Source: Nannocystis bainbridge
GTDB lineage: Bacteria > Myxococcota_A > Polyangia > Nannocystales > Nannocystaceae
Length of the DNA stretch: 64,000 bases
Assembly (NCBI RefSeq): GCF_028368995.1
Contig: NZ_JAQNDL010000003.1
Location: 1,664,001-1,728,000 of the forward strand
Reading direction: 5' to 3'
In this document: one piece after another, positions 38,098 to 49,122 of the stretch
How the letters are laid out: every line of letters begins with the position of its first letter
How positions within the stretch are numbered: position 1 is the stretch's first letter
The notes under the pieces: model-generated
The model's database searches: none
What the model was told of the DNA's origin: nothing
Seen by the model: only the letters and a program-made list of their open reading frames with translations
Made by a program: the position numbers and the translations under genes

Positions 38098-38129
38098 AAT
38101 GCCTCTCAGGACATGTCCTGAGAGGCATC
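38098..38129. repeat. 14-bp-period perfect palindrome between convergent genes
   Basis: ATGCCTCTCAGGACATGTCCTGAGAGGCAT; cores at 38098, 38112, 38126. Confidence 0.85.
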
Positions 38130-38333
38130 TTCAAAGCGAGCGCGCCGACGATCCGGGGAGGTGTCCCGCAGGATGTCTCCACTCAGGAAACTCCGCGGGC
38201 GCAGCTGCGAGTCACCCGCTCGGGCGTTCCGGCCCGCTCGTGCCATCGCGCTGCGCGCCCGCCGAAAGCGCCGAGGGCGGCGCGATCGCTCGCACCGCCC
38301 TCGAATGTGCGGACCTTCCGGCCCGCGCGGGCC

Positions 38334-40433
38334 TCAGCCCTTCTTGTTGCCGGCGTACTTCTTGATGAGCTCGTCCTGCACCTGGCGGGGGACCGCCTCG
38401 TAGCGCTCGAACTCCATCGTGTACTCGGCCTTGCCCTGCGACATGCTGCGCAGCTCGGTCGAGTAGCCGAACATCGTCGCCAGCGGGACGTGGGCCTCGA
38501 TGACGCTGATGCCCATGCTCGACTCCGAGTTGATGATGTTGCCGCGGCGGCGGACGAGGCCGCCCTGGATGCCGCCCTGGAACTCCTCGGGCGTCTCGAC
38601 GGCGACCTTCATGATCGGCTCGAGCACCTGCGGACCGGCCTTGGGCATGGTCTCCTTGAAGGCCGCGCGGGCGGCGATCTGGAACGCCATGTCGCTCGAG
38701 TCGACCGCGTGGGCCGCACCGTCGTTGATCTCCATCTCGACGCCGACGACGGGGAAGCCGATGAGCACGCCGCGGTCGAGCGACTGCTTGAAGCCGTTGT
38801 CGCACGACGGGATGTACTCGCGCGGGATCTTGCCGCCGACGACGTTGTCGACGAAGCGGTAGGTCTTGTCCGGCGCGTCCTCGGGCAGCGGCCGCATGGC
38901 GCCGCCGATCTTCGCGTACTGACCGGAGCCGCCGGTCTGCTTCTTGTGGATGTACGTGAAGGGGACCTCTTGCGTGATGGTCTCGCGGTAGGCCACCTGC
39001 GGCTCGCCGACGGTGGTCTCGACCTGGTACTCACGCTTCATGCGCTCGATGTAGATGTCGAGGTGGAGCTCACCCATGCCCTGGATGATGGTCTCGCCCG
39101 ACTCCTCGTCGCGGTGGACGCGGAAGGTCGGATCCTCCTTCGAGAAGCGGTTGAGCGCCTTCGAGAAGTTGGCCAGGCCGTCCTTCTTGGTCGGGGTGAC
39201 GGCGTAGCTGATGACCGGCGCCGGCACGAACATCGAGCGCATCGAGTAGACGACGTCGGACCCGGTGAAGGTGTCGCCCGAGGCGCAGTCGATGCCGAAG
39301 AACGCCGCGATGTGACCCGCGCCGACCTCCTCGATGTCGACCATCTCGTCGGCGTGCATGCGCACGAGCCGGCCGACCTTGTTCTTCTTGCCCGTGCGGG
39401 TGTTGAAGATCGTGTCGCCCTTCTTGACGTGGCCCTGGTAGATGCGGATGTAGGTCAGCTGACCGTACTTGCCCTCTTCGAGCTTGAACGCCAGCGCGCA
39501 CAGCGGCGCGGCCTCTTCGCTCTTGAGGATGACCTCGGTCTCCTTGCCGTCGTTCGCGATCTGGTAGGCGACGTTCTTCACCTCGTAGGGCGCCGGCAGG
39601 TACTTGACCACGCCGTCGAGCAGGTGCTGCACGGCCTTGTTCTTGTAGGCCGAGCCGCAGAACACCGCGGTGAAGTTGAGCGACAGGGTCGCCTTGCGCA
39701 GCACCGGCACGATCTCCTCGGCGGTGACGTTGGCGCCGTCCTCGGCGAGGAAGCGCTCCATCAGGCCGTCGTCGAAGTCGCCGAGCGCCTCGACCAGCTT
39801 CAGGCGGTACTCCTCGACCGCCTCCTTCAGGTGGTCGGGGCACGGCTCGCGGCGGATGTTCTCGCCGTTGTCGCCGTCGAAGTACAGCGCGTCACGGGTG
39901 AGCAGGTCGACGACGCCCTCGAAGTGGTCCTCGGCGCCGATCGGGTAGGTGACGAGGTGCGCGTTGTGACGCAGCTTCTCGCGCAGCTGGCGGGTGACCT
40001 TGAACGGGTCGGCGCCGGAGCGGTCCATCTTGTTGATGAACGCCAGCCGCGGCACGTTGTAGCGCTTCATCTGGCGGTCGACCGTGATCGACTGCGACTG
40101 CACGCCGGCGACCGAGCACAGCACCAGGATGGCGCCGTCGAGGACGCTGAGGGCGCGCTCGACCTCGATCGTGAAGTCGACGTGTCCGGGGGTGTCGATC
40201 AGGTTGAGGAAGTGGTCTTTCCACTCGAGGTAGGTGGCAGCCGACTGGATCGTGATGCCCTTCTCGCGCTCGAGGTCCATCGAGTCCATCGTCGCGCCGA
40301 CGCCCGACTTGCCCTTGACCTCCTCGATCTTGTGGATCTTCCCCGAATAGAACAGGATGCGCTCCGAGAGCGTCGTCTTGCCGGAGTCGATGTGCGCGGA
40401 GATCCCGATGTTTCGGACCTTTGCGAGTTCCAT
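38334..40433 (-). CDS. fusA: Elongation factor G (stand-alone copy)
   Basis: [47 protein letters not shown] motifs. Confidence 0.97.
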   Translation of the reverse strand: MELAKVRNIGISAHIDSGKTTLSERILFYSGKIHKIEEVKGKSGVGATMDSMDLEREKGITIQSAATYLEWKDHFLNLIDTPGHVDFTIEVERALSVLDGAILVLCSVAGVQSQSITVDRQMKRYNVPRLAFINKMDRSGADPFKVTRQLREKLRHNAHLVTYPIGAEDHFEGVVDLLTRDALYFDGDNGENIRREPCPDHLKEAVEEYRLKLVEALGDFDDGLMERFLAEDGANVTAEEIVPVLRKATLSLNFTAVFCGSAYKNKAVQHLLDGVVKYLPAPYEVKNVAYQIANDGKETEVILKSEEAAPLCALAFKLEEGKYGQLTYIRIYQGHVKKGDTIFNTRTGKKNKVGRLVRMHADEMVDIEEVGAGHIAAFFGIDCASGDTFTGSDVVYSMRSMFVPAPVISYAVTPTKKDGLANFSKALNRFSKEDPTFRVHRDEESGETIIQGMGELHLDIYIERMKREYQVETTVGEPQVAYRETITQEVPFTYIHKKQTGGSGQYAKIGGAMRPLPEDAPDKTYRFVDNVVGGKIPREYIPSCDNGFKQSLDRGVLIGFPVVGVEMEINDGAAHAVDSSDMAFQIAARAAFKETMPKAGPQVLEPIMKVAVETPEEFQGGIQGGLVRRRGNIINSESSMGISVIEAHVPLATMFGYSTELRSMSQGKAEYTMEFERYEAVPRQVQDELIKKYAGNKKG

Positions 40434-40735
40434 GGTAGTGCTCTGCTGACCTTGCCGATGACGAGTGCAGGGGTCGGGGTCCGGGTGTCCCGGCAAAAGG
40501 GAGCGGAGTGAACTCCGCCGCCCGGCCCTCCGAGCCTGTTGTGCTGCTCAACCCCGCAAACCTCGGACCTGGATGGCCTCGGCCGGGGGGGTTGAAGTTT
40601 TGCCCTGGAGCCCGAAAGACAACCCCTTGGGGTGCTTTTGAGCGCGCGGAGCATGCCACAAGGTGCCCCGCTTGGCCGCTGGAGGCGGCTCGGCGGGGCG
40701 TGATCGTCCGCACCCGCCTCGCGCGCCTCGGGCGC

Positions 40736-42754
40736 CTAGGGGAGCTCCAGCCAGCGCTTGACCACCGCGGCCGGCGTGAAGCCGAACCGTTCGGCGAGCA
40801 GCTTGCCCGGGGCGCTGGCGCCGTAGTGGTCCAGGCCGTGCTGGTGGGCCGCGAACCGGGCCCACCCGAACGTGGTCCCCGCCTCCACTGACAGGCGGCG
40901 CGAGATCTCGGGCGGCAGGACGCTGTCCTGGTAGGCCTTCGGCTGGGCGAGGAAAGCCTCCCAGCACGGCATCGAGACCACCCGCACGCGCTTCCCGTGG
41001 TCCTTGTGCAGCGTCTGCGCCGCGTCCAGCGCAGTCGCGACCTCGGAGCCGGTCGCCACCAGGATGCCGTCGAGCTCGCCCTCGGGCTGCCACAGCACGT
41101 ACGCGCCTTCGTCGATCGCCTCGCGCGTCTCGGCCATGATCGGCAGGTCCTGGCGCGTCAGCAGGATCGCCGTGGCGCCCTCGCCGTGCCCGCGCTGCAG
41201 CGCCAGCCGCCACGCCGCCGCGGTCTCGCGCGCGTCCGCGGGCCGGACGACGTACAGGTCGGGGATCAGCCGCAGGCTCATCAGCTGCTCGATGGGCTGG
41301 TGGGTCGGCCCGTCCTCGCCGACCCAGAAGCTGTCGTGGCTGAACACGTAGACCACCGGCGCCTTCATCAGCGACGACAGCCGCAGCGCCCCGCGCAGGA
41401 AGTCCGAGAACACCAGGAAGGTCGCGCCGTAGGCCCGCACGCCGCCGTGCAGCGCGAGGCCGTTGCAGATGCCGGCCATGCCGTGCTCGCGCACGCCGAA
41501 GTGCAGCACGCGCCCGTCGGGCTGGGTCTTGCTCTGGGACGGCAGCTTGAGCTCGACGCCGTTCGAGCCGGCGAGGTCGGCGGAGCCGCCGAGGAGCGTC
41601 GGGTGGGCCTTGACCAGCGCCTCGAGGATCTTCTGTCCGGCCTTGCGGGTGGCGACCGCGCCGCCCGGCTTGAAGCTCGGGATCGCGCTGAGCACCTCGG
41701 CCGGGACGACATCGCTCTGCAGCGCCTCGAACTGGGCCGCGAGCTTCGGGTGGGCCTTGCGGTAGGCGTCGAACTTGGCCTCCCACGCGGTGCGCTGCTC
41801 GCCGAGCGCGCGCCGCTGCTGGGCCAGCGCGTCGCGGATCTCGTCGGGCACGCGGAACGACTGGTCGTCGGGCCAGCCCATCGCCTTTTTGGTCGCCACG
41901 ATCTCGGCGTCGCCGAGCGGCGCGCCGTGAGCCCCGTGGGTGCCGGCCTTGTTGGGGCTGCCGGCGGCGATGACCGTACGGCAGGCGATCAGGCTCGGCC
42001 GCGTGGTCTCGCCGCGGGCGAGCACCAGCGCCGCCTCGACCTGCGCCGCGTCGGCGCCGTCGATGCGCTGCACGTGCCAGCCATACGCGGCGAAGCGTCC
42101 CAGGACGTCTTCGGTGAACGCGAGGTCGGTCGAGCCGTCGATCGAGATCTTGTTATCGTCATACAGGAACACCAGCTTGCCGAGGCCGAGGTGGCCGGCC
42201 AGGCTCGCGGCCTCCGAGGCGATCCCCTCCATCAGATCGCCGTCGCTGCAGATCCCGTAGGTGAAGTGATCGACGATGTCGTGTCCCGGCTGGTTGTAGG
42301 TCGCGGCCAGGAAGCGCTCCGCCAGCGCCATGCCGACCGCCGCCGCGAAGCCGGTGCCGAGCGGACCGGTCGTCACCTCGACGCCGACGGTATGTCCGTA
42401 CTCCGGATGCCCCGGGGTCTTGCTGCCCCACTGACGAAACTGCTTCAGCTCGTCGAGCGGCAGATCGTAACCGGTGAGGTGCAGCAGCGCGTACAGCAGC
42501 ATCGACCCGTGGCCGGCGCTCAGCACGAAACGATCGCGGTCGGGCCAACGCGGGTGCTCGGGGTCGTGGACGAGGAATCGCGTCCATAGCACCGAGGCCA
42601 TCACCGCCGCGCCCATCGGCATCCCCGGGTGGCCCGAGTTCGCCTTCTGCACGGCGTCGATGGCGAGGGTCTTGATCGTGTCGACGAGCAGCCCGGAGAG
42701 GCGGGCATCGGGGCTCGTGGTCGCAGGGAACTCGCGGGGCGGCACGGCAGGCAT
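40736..42754 (-). CDS. tkt: Transketolase
   Basis: [46 protein letters not shown]. Confidence 0.97.
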   Translation of the reverse strand: MPAVPPREFPATTSPDARLSGLLVDTIKTLAIDAVQKANSGHPGMPMGAAVMASVLWTRFLVHDPEHPRWPDRDRFVLSAGHGSMLLYALLHLTGYDLPLDELKQFRQWGSKTPGHPEYGHTVGVEVTTGPLGTGFAAAVGMALAERFLAATYNQPGHDIVDHFTYGICSDGDLMEGIASEAASLAGHLGLGKLVFLYDDNKISIDGSTDLAFTEDVLGRFAAYGWHVQRIDGADAAQVEAALVLARGETTRPSLIACRTVIAAGSPNKAGTHGAHGAPLGDAEIVATKKAMGWPDDQSFRVPDEIRDALAQQRRALGEQRTAWEAKFDAYRKAHPKLAAQFEALQSDVVPAEVLSAIPSFKPGGAVATRKAGQKILEALVKAHPTLLGGSADLAGSNGVELKLPSQSKTQPDGRVLHFGVREHGMAGICNGLALHGGVRAYGATFLVFSDFLRGALRLSSLMKAPVVYVFSHDSFWVGEDGPTHQPIEQLMSLRLIPDLYVVRPADARETAAAWRLALQRGHGEGATAILLTRQDLPIMAETREAIDEGAYVLWQPEGELDGILVATGSEVATALDAAQTLHKDHGKRVRVVSMPCWEAFLAQPKAYQDSVLPPEISRRLSVEAGTTFGWARFAAHQHGLDHYGASAPGKLLAERFGFTPAAVVKRWLELP

Positions 42755-43005
42755 GCTCGGGTGCCTATCACGATTGCGACGGCGGGGACCGACCAGGCCG
42801 CGGGGCGGCGACGTGACCGAACGCGGGAACTGCGGACGACGCCGGCGAATCTACCGCATGGCCCGCGAAGTTCGACTCGCGCGGACGCAAACACGGGACC
42901 CGCCGGACGACCGATGGTCCGGACAACTTACGGAACAGCAATGGCGGACCCGGCGCAGCCTCGACCGCGAACGGCAGGCGAAGGCTGACGCCGGAAGTCG
43001 ATTGC

Positions 43006-43575
43006 TCAGACGGCAGTGTAACGAGTGCCGCGAGCCTGACCGGTCCACGACACGAGGCCGCGCTCGATGAGGCGCGCCAGGGCGGTGCGGACCTGCAGCG
43101 GGGTGCCACCGACCACGGCGGACAGATCCGGCGCGGCCTGCGGGCCCGGGGCGGTCTTGAGGGCGTTCAGCATGCCCTGATCGTAGGCGTCGCGGCCGGC
43201 GGGCGTGCGAGTGTCGACGACCGACTTGTTGCTGCCACGCTTGGCAGCCGGCGCCGGCGCCTCCTTGGCGGGTGCAGCAGCACCACGGCCGCCCTTGCGA
43301 CCGACCGGAGCAGCAGGGGCCTTGGCCAGCGCTTGCGGGACCTTGACCGGCTTGCCGGCGCCGCGGCCGCGGGGCGCAGCGGGGGCCGCCGCGCCTCCGC
43401 CCTGACCCAGCAGTTCACCGATCGTGATCCCCTTGAGCAGCGAGCCGAGCTCGCCAGTCGCGAGCTTGCCGAGCTCAGCGAGGCTCATATGGGGAGCTGA
43501 ACGGATCTGTTCGATCATCACGTCGCGCTCGGCATTCGCGACGGCATTGCGGAAGGTCGTCTCGAACCTAGACAT
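43006..43575 (-). CDS. Small basic protein with C-terminal winged-helix-like domain
   Basis: Helical N-terminus, Ala/Pro/Lys linker, C-terminal PLQVRTALARLIERGLVSWTGQARGTRY. Confidence 0.75.
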   Translation of the reverse strand: MSRFETTFRNAVANAERDVMIEQIRSAPHMSLAELGKLATGELGSLLKGITIGELLGQGGGAAAPAAPRGRGAGKPVKVPQALAKAPAAPVGRKGGRGAAAPAKEAPAPAAKRGSNKSVVDTRTPAGRDAYDQGMLNALKTAPGPQAAPDLSAVVGGTPLQVRTALARLIERGLVSWTGQARGTRYTAV

Positions 43576-43721
43576 CGTCTTTGCTTTTTGCATGACCCGA
43601 GATCCGAGGTCAATCCATATTCGGCAGTCCCGCGACAAAAATCTTCAGTCCCCGCACTTTTCGTCCTCACTTTTCGTCCGCAGTGGCTGCGTTCGGCCCG
43701 ATCTGGCCAATCTGCGGCGCC

Positions 43722-43930
43722 TTCAGCCGTTCTCCGCAGCTTCGCCCGTTCTCCGCAGTTTCACCCGTTTCTCCGCAGTTGGGGCCCTTCTCCGTAGTTC
43801 CACCCCCCACTCGGTCGTTCGACCCCCTCGCCTCAGTTCCCCCCACTCCTCTGTTCCCCCCCACTCCGCCGCTCGCCTCAGTCCACCCCCCACTCCCCAG
43901 TTCCCCCAACGGCCCCATCCCCCCAACCTT
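43722..43930. repeat. Direct-repeat cluster with C-tracts
   Basis: CTCCGYAG at 43732, 43751, 43771, 43790; then four CCCCCCACTC copies between 43803 and 43895. Confidence 0.8.
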
Positions 43931-44325
43931 CGGGTCCCCCCATCGGAGCGATTGGATGTCCCGCGTTTACACGGCCGTTTCGTCGGCTGCCCGGTTCGCT
44001 TACCCGCGACTCCTCGGCCCCGGCCGCGCCCGCCGTTTCCGGGCTGCTGGAGCGCTTTGGGGCGCTCGCCGGCCCGGCGACGGAAATCGGTAGCGGCCGT
44101 CCGCCTGCGACACTGTTCATATCGTCGGCACTGCCGACTCGTCGGCATCGGGCGGCTACCTGCGCGACGACCCGCGCGCCCCCTGTGCAGTATCCCGCGA
44201 ACGCGGCGATCCGATGTTCGTACTTCGTTTCAGCGGACGCTCGTCCGCTCGACCGCAGCGTATGCGCGGGCGCGCGCAACATTCTCCTGAGGCCGACTCG
44301 CTACTGACTACCTTTTAAGGACCGC

Positions 44326-44364
44326 ACAAAAGCGAAGAGGGGGACGGTCGCAGCCGCCCCCCTC
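44326..44364 (-). terminator. Putative intrinsic terminator after ahcY
   Basis: GAGGGGG...CCCCCTC hairpin followed by TTCGCTTTTG on the minus strand. Confidence 0.65.
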
Positions 44365-44409
44365 AGTCGGGACATCAGCGCGCGCCAGGCAGGCCCGGCG
44401 CGCTCCGGA

Positions 44410-45750
44410 TCAGTAGCGGTAGTGCTCGGGCTTGAACGGGCCCTCTTGCGAGACCCCGAGGTATTCGGCCTGCTTGTCGCTGAGGCGGGTGAGCTTGACG
44501 CCGAGCTTTCCGAGGTGGAGGCGGGCGACCTCCTCATCGAGGCGCTTCGGCAGCACGTACACCTTGCCCCGCGCATAACGGCTGCGCTCGGTGTAGAGCG
44601 ACAGCTGGGCGAGCACCTGATTCGTGAAGCTATTGCTCATCACGAAGCTGGGGTGGCCGGTGGCGCAGCCGAGGTTCACCAGGCGGCCGCGGGCCAGCAG
44701 GAGGATCGCGTGGCCGTCGGGGAACACGAACCGGTCGACCTGCGGCTTGATGTTGATCTCCTGGACGCCCTTGTCGGCGACCAGGCCGGCGACGTCGATC
44801 TCGCTGTCGAAGTGGCCGATGTTGCAGACGATCGCCTCGTCCTTCATCTTGCGCATGTGCTCGAGCGTGATGACGTCGCAGCATCCAGTGGCAGTGACGA
44901 AGATGTCGGCGAGGCCGGCGGCCTCGTCCATCGTCGTCACCTGGAAGCCCTCCATCGCCGCCTGCAGCGCGCAGATCGGGTCGACCTCGGTGACGAGCAC
45001 GCGGGCCCCGAAGCCGCGCATCGACTGGGCGCAGCCCTTGCCGACGTCGCCGTAACCGGCCACGACCACGACCTTGCCGGCGACCATGATGTCGGTCGCC
45101 CGCTTGATGCCGTCGGCCAGGCTCTCGCGGCAGCCGTACAGGTTGTCGAACTTGCTCTTGGTCACCGAGTCATTGACGTTGATCGCGGCGATCTTCAGCT
45201 CGCCGCGCTCGGCCATCTGATACAGGCGATGGACCCCGGTGGTGGTCTCCTCGCTGACGCCGAGGCACTGCTCGAGCGAAGCGACGTGCTCCGGGCGGTG
45301 CAGCACGAGCGTCAGGTCGCCGCCGTCGTCGAGCAGGATGTTCGGCGGGCTGCCGTCGGGCCAGCGGATCGTCTGCTCGACGCACCACCAGTACTCCTCC
45401 TCGGTCTCGCCCTTCCACGCGAACACCGGCACGCCGGTGGCCGCGATCGCGGCCGCCGCGTGGTCCTGCGTCGAGAAGATATTGCAGGACGACCAGCGGA
45501 CCTCGGCCCCGAGCTCCGTCAGCGTCTCGATCAACACGGCCGTCTGAATCGTCATGTGGAGGCAGCCGGCGATCTTGGCCCCCTTCAGCGGCTTCTCCGC
45601 CCCGTGCTTGGCGCGCAGCGCCATCAGCCCGGGCATCTCCTTCTCGGCCAGGGCGATCTCCTTGCGGCCCCAATCGGCCAGGCCCATGTCGGCGACCTTG
45701 AAGTCGGGCGTGGTGGGCGGCTTTACCTTCGACACAGTGCTTGCAGTCAT
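44410..45750 (-). CDS. ahcY: Adenosylhomocysteinase
   Basis: [56 protein letters not shown]. Confidence 0.98.
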   Translation of the reverse strand: MTASTVSKVKPPTTPDFKVADMGLADWGRKEIALAEKEMPGLMALRAKHGAEKPLKGAKIAGCLHMTIQTAVLIETLTELGAEVRWSSCNIFSTQDHAAAAIAATGVPVFAWKGETEEEYWWCVEQTIRWPDGSPPNILLDDGGDLTLVLHRPEHVASLEQCLGVSEETTTGVHRLYQMAERGELKIAAINVNDSVTKSKFDNLYGCRESLADGIKRATDIMVAGKVVVVAGYGDVGKGCAQSMRGFGARVLVTEVDPICALQAAMEGFQVTTMDEAAGLADIFVTATGCCDVITLEHMRKMKDEAIVCNIGHFDSEIDVAGLVADKGVQEINIKPQVDRFVFPDGHAILLLARGRLVNLGCATGHPSFVMSNSFTNQVLAQLSLYTERSRYARGKVYVLPKRLDEEVARLHLGKLGVKLTRLSDKQAEYLGVSQEGPFKPEHYRY

Positions 45751-45793
45751 CGTCTACCTTGGTCCTCTCGCGAACAATGCGAATCCAGCGTCA

Positions 45794-46237
45794 TCAAGCG
45801 CGGTACTCCGGCACCCAGCCCGCGGCGTCCTTGAACAGACGCACGCAGCGGATCTGCCGCCGCTCGGTCAAAAAGAAGCGGTGATACAGGTCGGCGGGCA
45901 CGACGATCAGGTCGCCGCGCTCGACCTCGATCCGGATCCACCGCTCGCCCGGCCCGCGGACGTCGAAGATCCCCGCGCCGTCGAGCACGAAGCGGACCTC
46001 GTCGTCGCGGTGCAGGTGCTCGTCCTTGAACTTGCCGAGCAGCCCGTCGAGGTTCGGCGTGTCCGGCCGCAGCTCGATCACGTCCTGGGTGACGTAGCCG
46101 CGGTCGGCCTTGAGGCGGTCCAGCGCGCCCTGAAAGTCGTCGTCGGGCAGGCGCTCGTAGAGCACCCCCACGGCCGCGAGATCGGCCAGCGTCGGCCCCT
46201 CGCCCTGCGAAGCATCCTCGAGCCATTCGAGCCGCAT
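45794..46237 (-). CDS. mtnD: Acireductone dioxygenase (cupin)
   Basis: EHLHRDDEVRF, GDLIVVPADLYHRF, RLFKD..GW. Confidence 0.92.
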   Translation of the reverse strand: MRLEWLEDASQGEGPTLADLAAVGVLYERLPDDDFQGALDRLKADRGYVTQDVIELRPDTPNLDGLLGKFKDEHLHRDDEVRFVLDGAGIFDVRGPGERWIRIEVERGDLIVVPADLYHRFFLTERRQIRCVRLFKDAAGWVPEYRA

Positions 46238-46255
46238 GGTCCCTCCGCCTCCGCG

Positions 46256-46936
46256 TCACGCCCCGCCCAGCGGCAGCCCGAGTCGATGCGACTCGACCAC
46301 CGCGCGGAACAAATAGTCGAAGCTCTCGGCCTGCGTCTTGGCCTGCACCCAGTCGCGGCCCCACACGTACACCCCGTGGCCCGCGACCAGCACCGCGTCG
46401 ACGTCGGGGTACGCCAGCATCGCCTCGGCCATGCTGGCCGTCAGCTGCGACTCGCGCGGGGTGTTGGCGATGATCGGCACCCGCAAGGTGTCGAAGCAGC
46501 CCATCCCGCGCAGGCCCTTCTGCATCTCGAGCCCCTGGCACACGAACTCGCCCGGCCCGCCCTGCGGCGCGAACAGCCGCGCCGCCAGCACCGCCCACAC
46601 CGAGTGCGAGTGCATCACGGCGCCGGCGTCGCGCAGGCGATAGGCGTTGAAGAACAGCGGCCGGCACTCGCTGACCTTGAGCCCCGAGGCCGGCGCGCGC
46701 ACGACCTCGCAGTCGTGCTCGCCGGTGGCGCGGTCGCTCAGCACGAAGATGTCCTCCGGCTGCAGCCGCTCCTTCTGCACCCCCGACGGCGCCATGTAGA
46801 TGCCCTCGGGGCCGCGGATCGAGATGCCGCCGCCGGTGCCGCTGACCCAACCGTGCTGATAAAACAGCCGGCAGAGCTCGCAGATGAGCTCGGGAATCGG
46901 TGGGTTCGACGCGTGATCGCGAGGCGCTGCGGACAT
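46256..46936 (-). CDS. mtnB: Methylthioribulose-1-phosphate dehydratase
   Basis: LICELCRLFY..GWVSGTGGGISI, APSGVQKER, AGAVMHSHS, HGVYVWG. Confidence 0.92.
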   Translation of the reverse strand: MSAAPRDHASNPPIPELICELCRLFYQHGWVSGTGGGISIRGPEGIYMAPSGVQKERLQPEDIFVLSDRATGEHDCEVVRAPASGLKVSECRPLFFNAYRLRDAGAVMHSHSVWAVLAARLFAPQGGPGEFVCQGLEMQKGLRGMGCFDTLRVPIIANTPRESQLTASMAEAMLAYPDVDAVLVAGHGVYVWGRDWVQAKTQAESFDYLFRAVVESHRLGLPLGGA

Positions 46937-47639
46937 CGAGGCGCGGGGAGTCTACCCCCGGGCCTCCAGGGGCGTCACAGCCGGCCGAGTGTGGATCCTC
47001 GCTTCCCGCGCCGGTCCCTCGCAAACCCTCGCCGAACCTTCGCGCCGCCCGCCGCGCGACCCAAAGCCCCGCCGCCAGCCCCGCCCTCGTCGATTGCGCG
47101 GCGCGGCGAATGTCACGCCCGCACGTCGCGGACGTCCGACCGCCCCCGGTCGCAGCCATTGGCCGCCGGCCCCGCTGGCGATTCGCCGGGCCGAACGTCG
47201 ATGTGAAGCTGTCTCTCGGGACATGTTATCGCAGCGCCGCCGGCTCGAATCCTCGCAGCGCGGTCTCGCCGCCGGGCCCACCGTCGGCGCGCGGCCGTCG
47301 CGCCGTCGCCGTGAATCCGTCGGGTCGCAGATCTGCCCGGTCGCGGCGAACGGCGATCGCCCGCCGGCAATCGCCGTACTCGTACCTGTCCTCGCGGACA
47401 GCTGGGTGAGTCGCGTCGAATCGCCGCGCCCCGCCGGCCGCCCCGACGAATCGGCGGCGCATTCGTTGTCGCGCGTTCACGGGGCGAATTGCAGCACCGC
47501 GCGCGGACCCCCGCCGCAGACCGGTGTCAGTTCCGGCGGCGCCGACGCGTCGTGGCACCGACGAGGAGCAGGCCGAACGGCGATCGCGGGGCCGCATCGC
47601 TCTCGCACGACACCCGCGCGTCGAGCCCCGCATCCTCCG

Positions 47640-47790
47640 TCGGCGACCCGTCGGTCGAAACCCCCGACGGACGCCGGGCCGTCGGTCGACGGATGGCGAC
47701 AGAACGCGACTGTCGGCGACCTCGGCCGGCGGCGGCGATTGCATGATGTCCTCGAGCGGGCTCGCCTCATCGACCACCGTCATGCACCAC
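47640..47790 (-). pseudogene. Degenerate fragment of the adjacent MYXO-CTERM paralogs
   Basis: CMTVVD...PLEDIM...AEVADS, then in another frame VAFCRH, matching CMTVID...PAEDTM...EVADSRRHQFVAFCRNH of 49123..50367. Confidence 0.55.
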
Positions 47791-47885
47791 GAGCGTGCGA
47801 TGGTGGTGACGAACTGTCACGCTCGGCGAGCCGGGTGATCGTCGCCAGCGCGCGCCACCTCGCCGATCTGCCAGCGATTCGCCGG

Positions 47886-49070
47886 CTAGCGCGCCCGGGC
47901 TCGCCGGCGCCGCGCCAGCGCCACGAGCCACAGCGCGGCCCAGCCGGCCCCGGCCCCGCCGCTGCGGCAGCCGCACCCGGCCGGCTCCGTGCCGGTGCCC
48001 GGGGCCGTGGTCGCCGCGCCGCCCGTGCTCGTGCTCGTGCCGTCGCTGCTCCCCGCGGTCGTCGGGTCGTCCCCGCTGGTCCCCGTGGTGGTCTCGCTGT
48101 CTCCGCAGGTCCCGTCGCCGCCGCCCGCCAGGAACGAGCCGCTGTCGCTGCAACCACCGCTCGAGGTCTCGCTCGGCTCCAGCACCGACAGCAGCGACAC
48201 CGGGTACGTCGAATAGGTGCGCTGCATCGGGTCGATGACGTCGACCCGCAACACCACCGAGTCGGGCGCGACCTCCGACGGCGGCGTGAAGGCCAGCGCG
48301 ATCGTCTCGCCGACCAGCGGTTCGCTGACGAACTCCTGCCACTCGAGCGCGTCGGCCAGGGCCCAGTAACCCTTCAGCGTCGAGCCCGGCATCGCCCGCG
48401 CGCAGCCCTCGAGCAGGTACGAATCGCCGGGGAACACGAACGCGCCCTCCGGATTGGTAAGCGCCGCCGCCGGCGGGGCCGAGGCTGGATCGGCGTCGTC
48501 GACCACATGCACCACCCCCGGCCGCCGCGACCAGCGGTTGAGCTCGGGCTCCCACGTATAACCGTCGATGCGCCACGCGCCCGCGGCCAGCCCGGTCGTG
48601 TCCCACACCACCGGCTCGGCCGCCTCGGCCTCGGTGATCGGTCGGCGCGCGTCGTCGGCGGTGATGCGGACGAAGCAATCGGCGTAGAGGCCGTTGGTCT
48701 CGAGCACGTCGTCGTCGCCGATGACCGCGGCGTCGATCATCTTCTCGTCGGCCCAATCGAGCCAGGCGTCGGCGTCGGCCCACGACAGCCACACCGGCGG
48801 CGGCGTCTGCGGGCTGTCGTCGCGGCAGAAGGCGACGAATTGGTGGCGCCGGCTGGTCGGCAATTCGTCGGGGGTGAGGTCGGTGTCGGGATAGGGGATC
48901 GCGTAGTCGAATTGCAGCGTGCTCGACTGGCTGCGATCGATCACCGTCATGCACGGCACGCCGTCGGGCCAGACCACCGGAGTACGCGGGTGGCCGCCGT
49001 TGGCCGCGTGCGCGGCCCCGGGCGCCGCGAGACCGACGAACACGAGCGCGACACGAAGAGGACCTCGCAC
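47886..49070 (-). CDS. Secreted MYXO-CTERM protein (paralog A)
   Basis: Signal peptide ending AHA; C-terminal GCGC + hydrophobic stretch + RRRR. Confidence 0.85.
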   Translation of the reverse strand: MRGPLRVALVFVGLAAPGAAHAANGGHPRTPVVWPDGVPCMTVIDRSQSSTLQFDYAIPYPDTDLTPDELPTSRRHQFVAFCRDDSPQTPPPVWLSWADADAWLDWADEKMIDAAVIGDDDVLETNGLYADCFVRITADDARRPITEAEAAEPVVWDTTGLAAGAWRIDGYTWEPELNRWSRRPGVVHVVDDADPASAPPAAALTNPEGAFVFPGDSYLLEGCARAMPGSTLKGYWALADALEWQEFVSEPLVGETIALAFTPPSEVAPDSVVLRVDVIDPMQRTYSTYPVSLLSVLEPSETSSGGCSDSGSFLAGGGDGTCGDSETTTGTSGDDPTTAGSSDGTSTSTGGAATTAPGTGTEPAGCGCRSGGAGAGWAALWLVALARRRRARAR

Positions 49071-49122
49071 GCGGCCAGTGTAGCGCGGGCCCGTCGCCGG
49101 CGCCGCGCGCGGCCCGGGCCGC

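Noticed and set aside
46937-47220. SAM or SAH riboswitch upstream of mtnB-mtnD-ahcY
   Set aside because: No recognisable consensus by eye; an Rfam scan would be needed.
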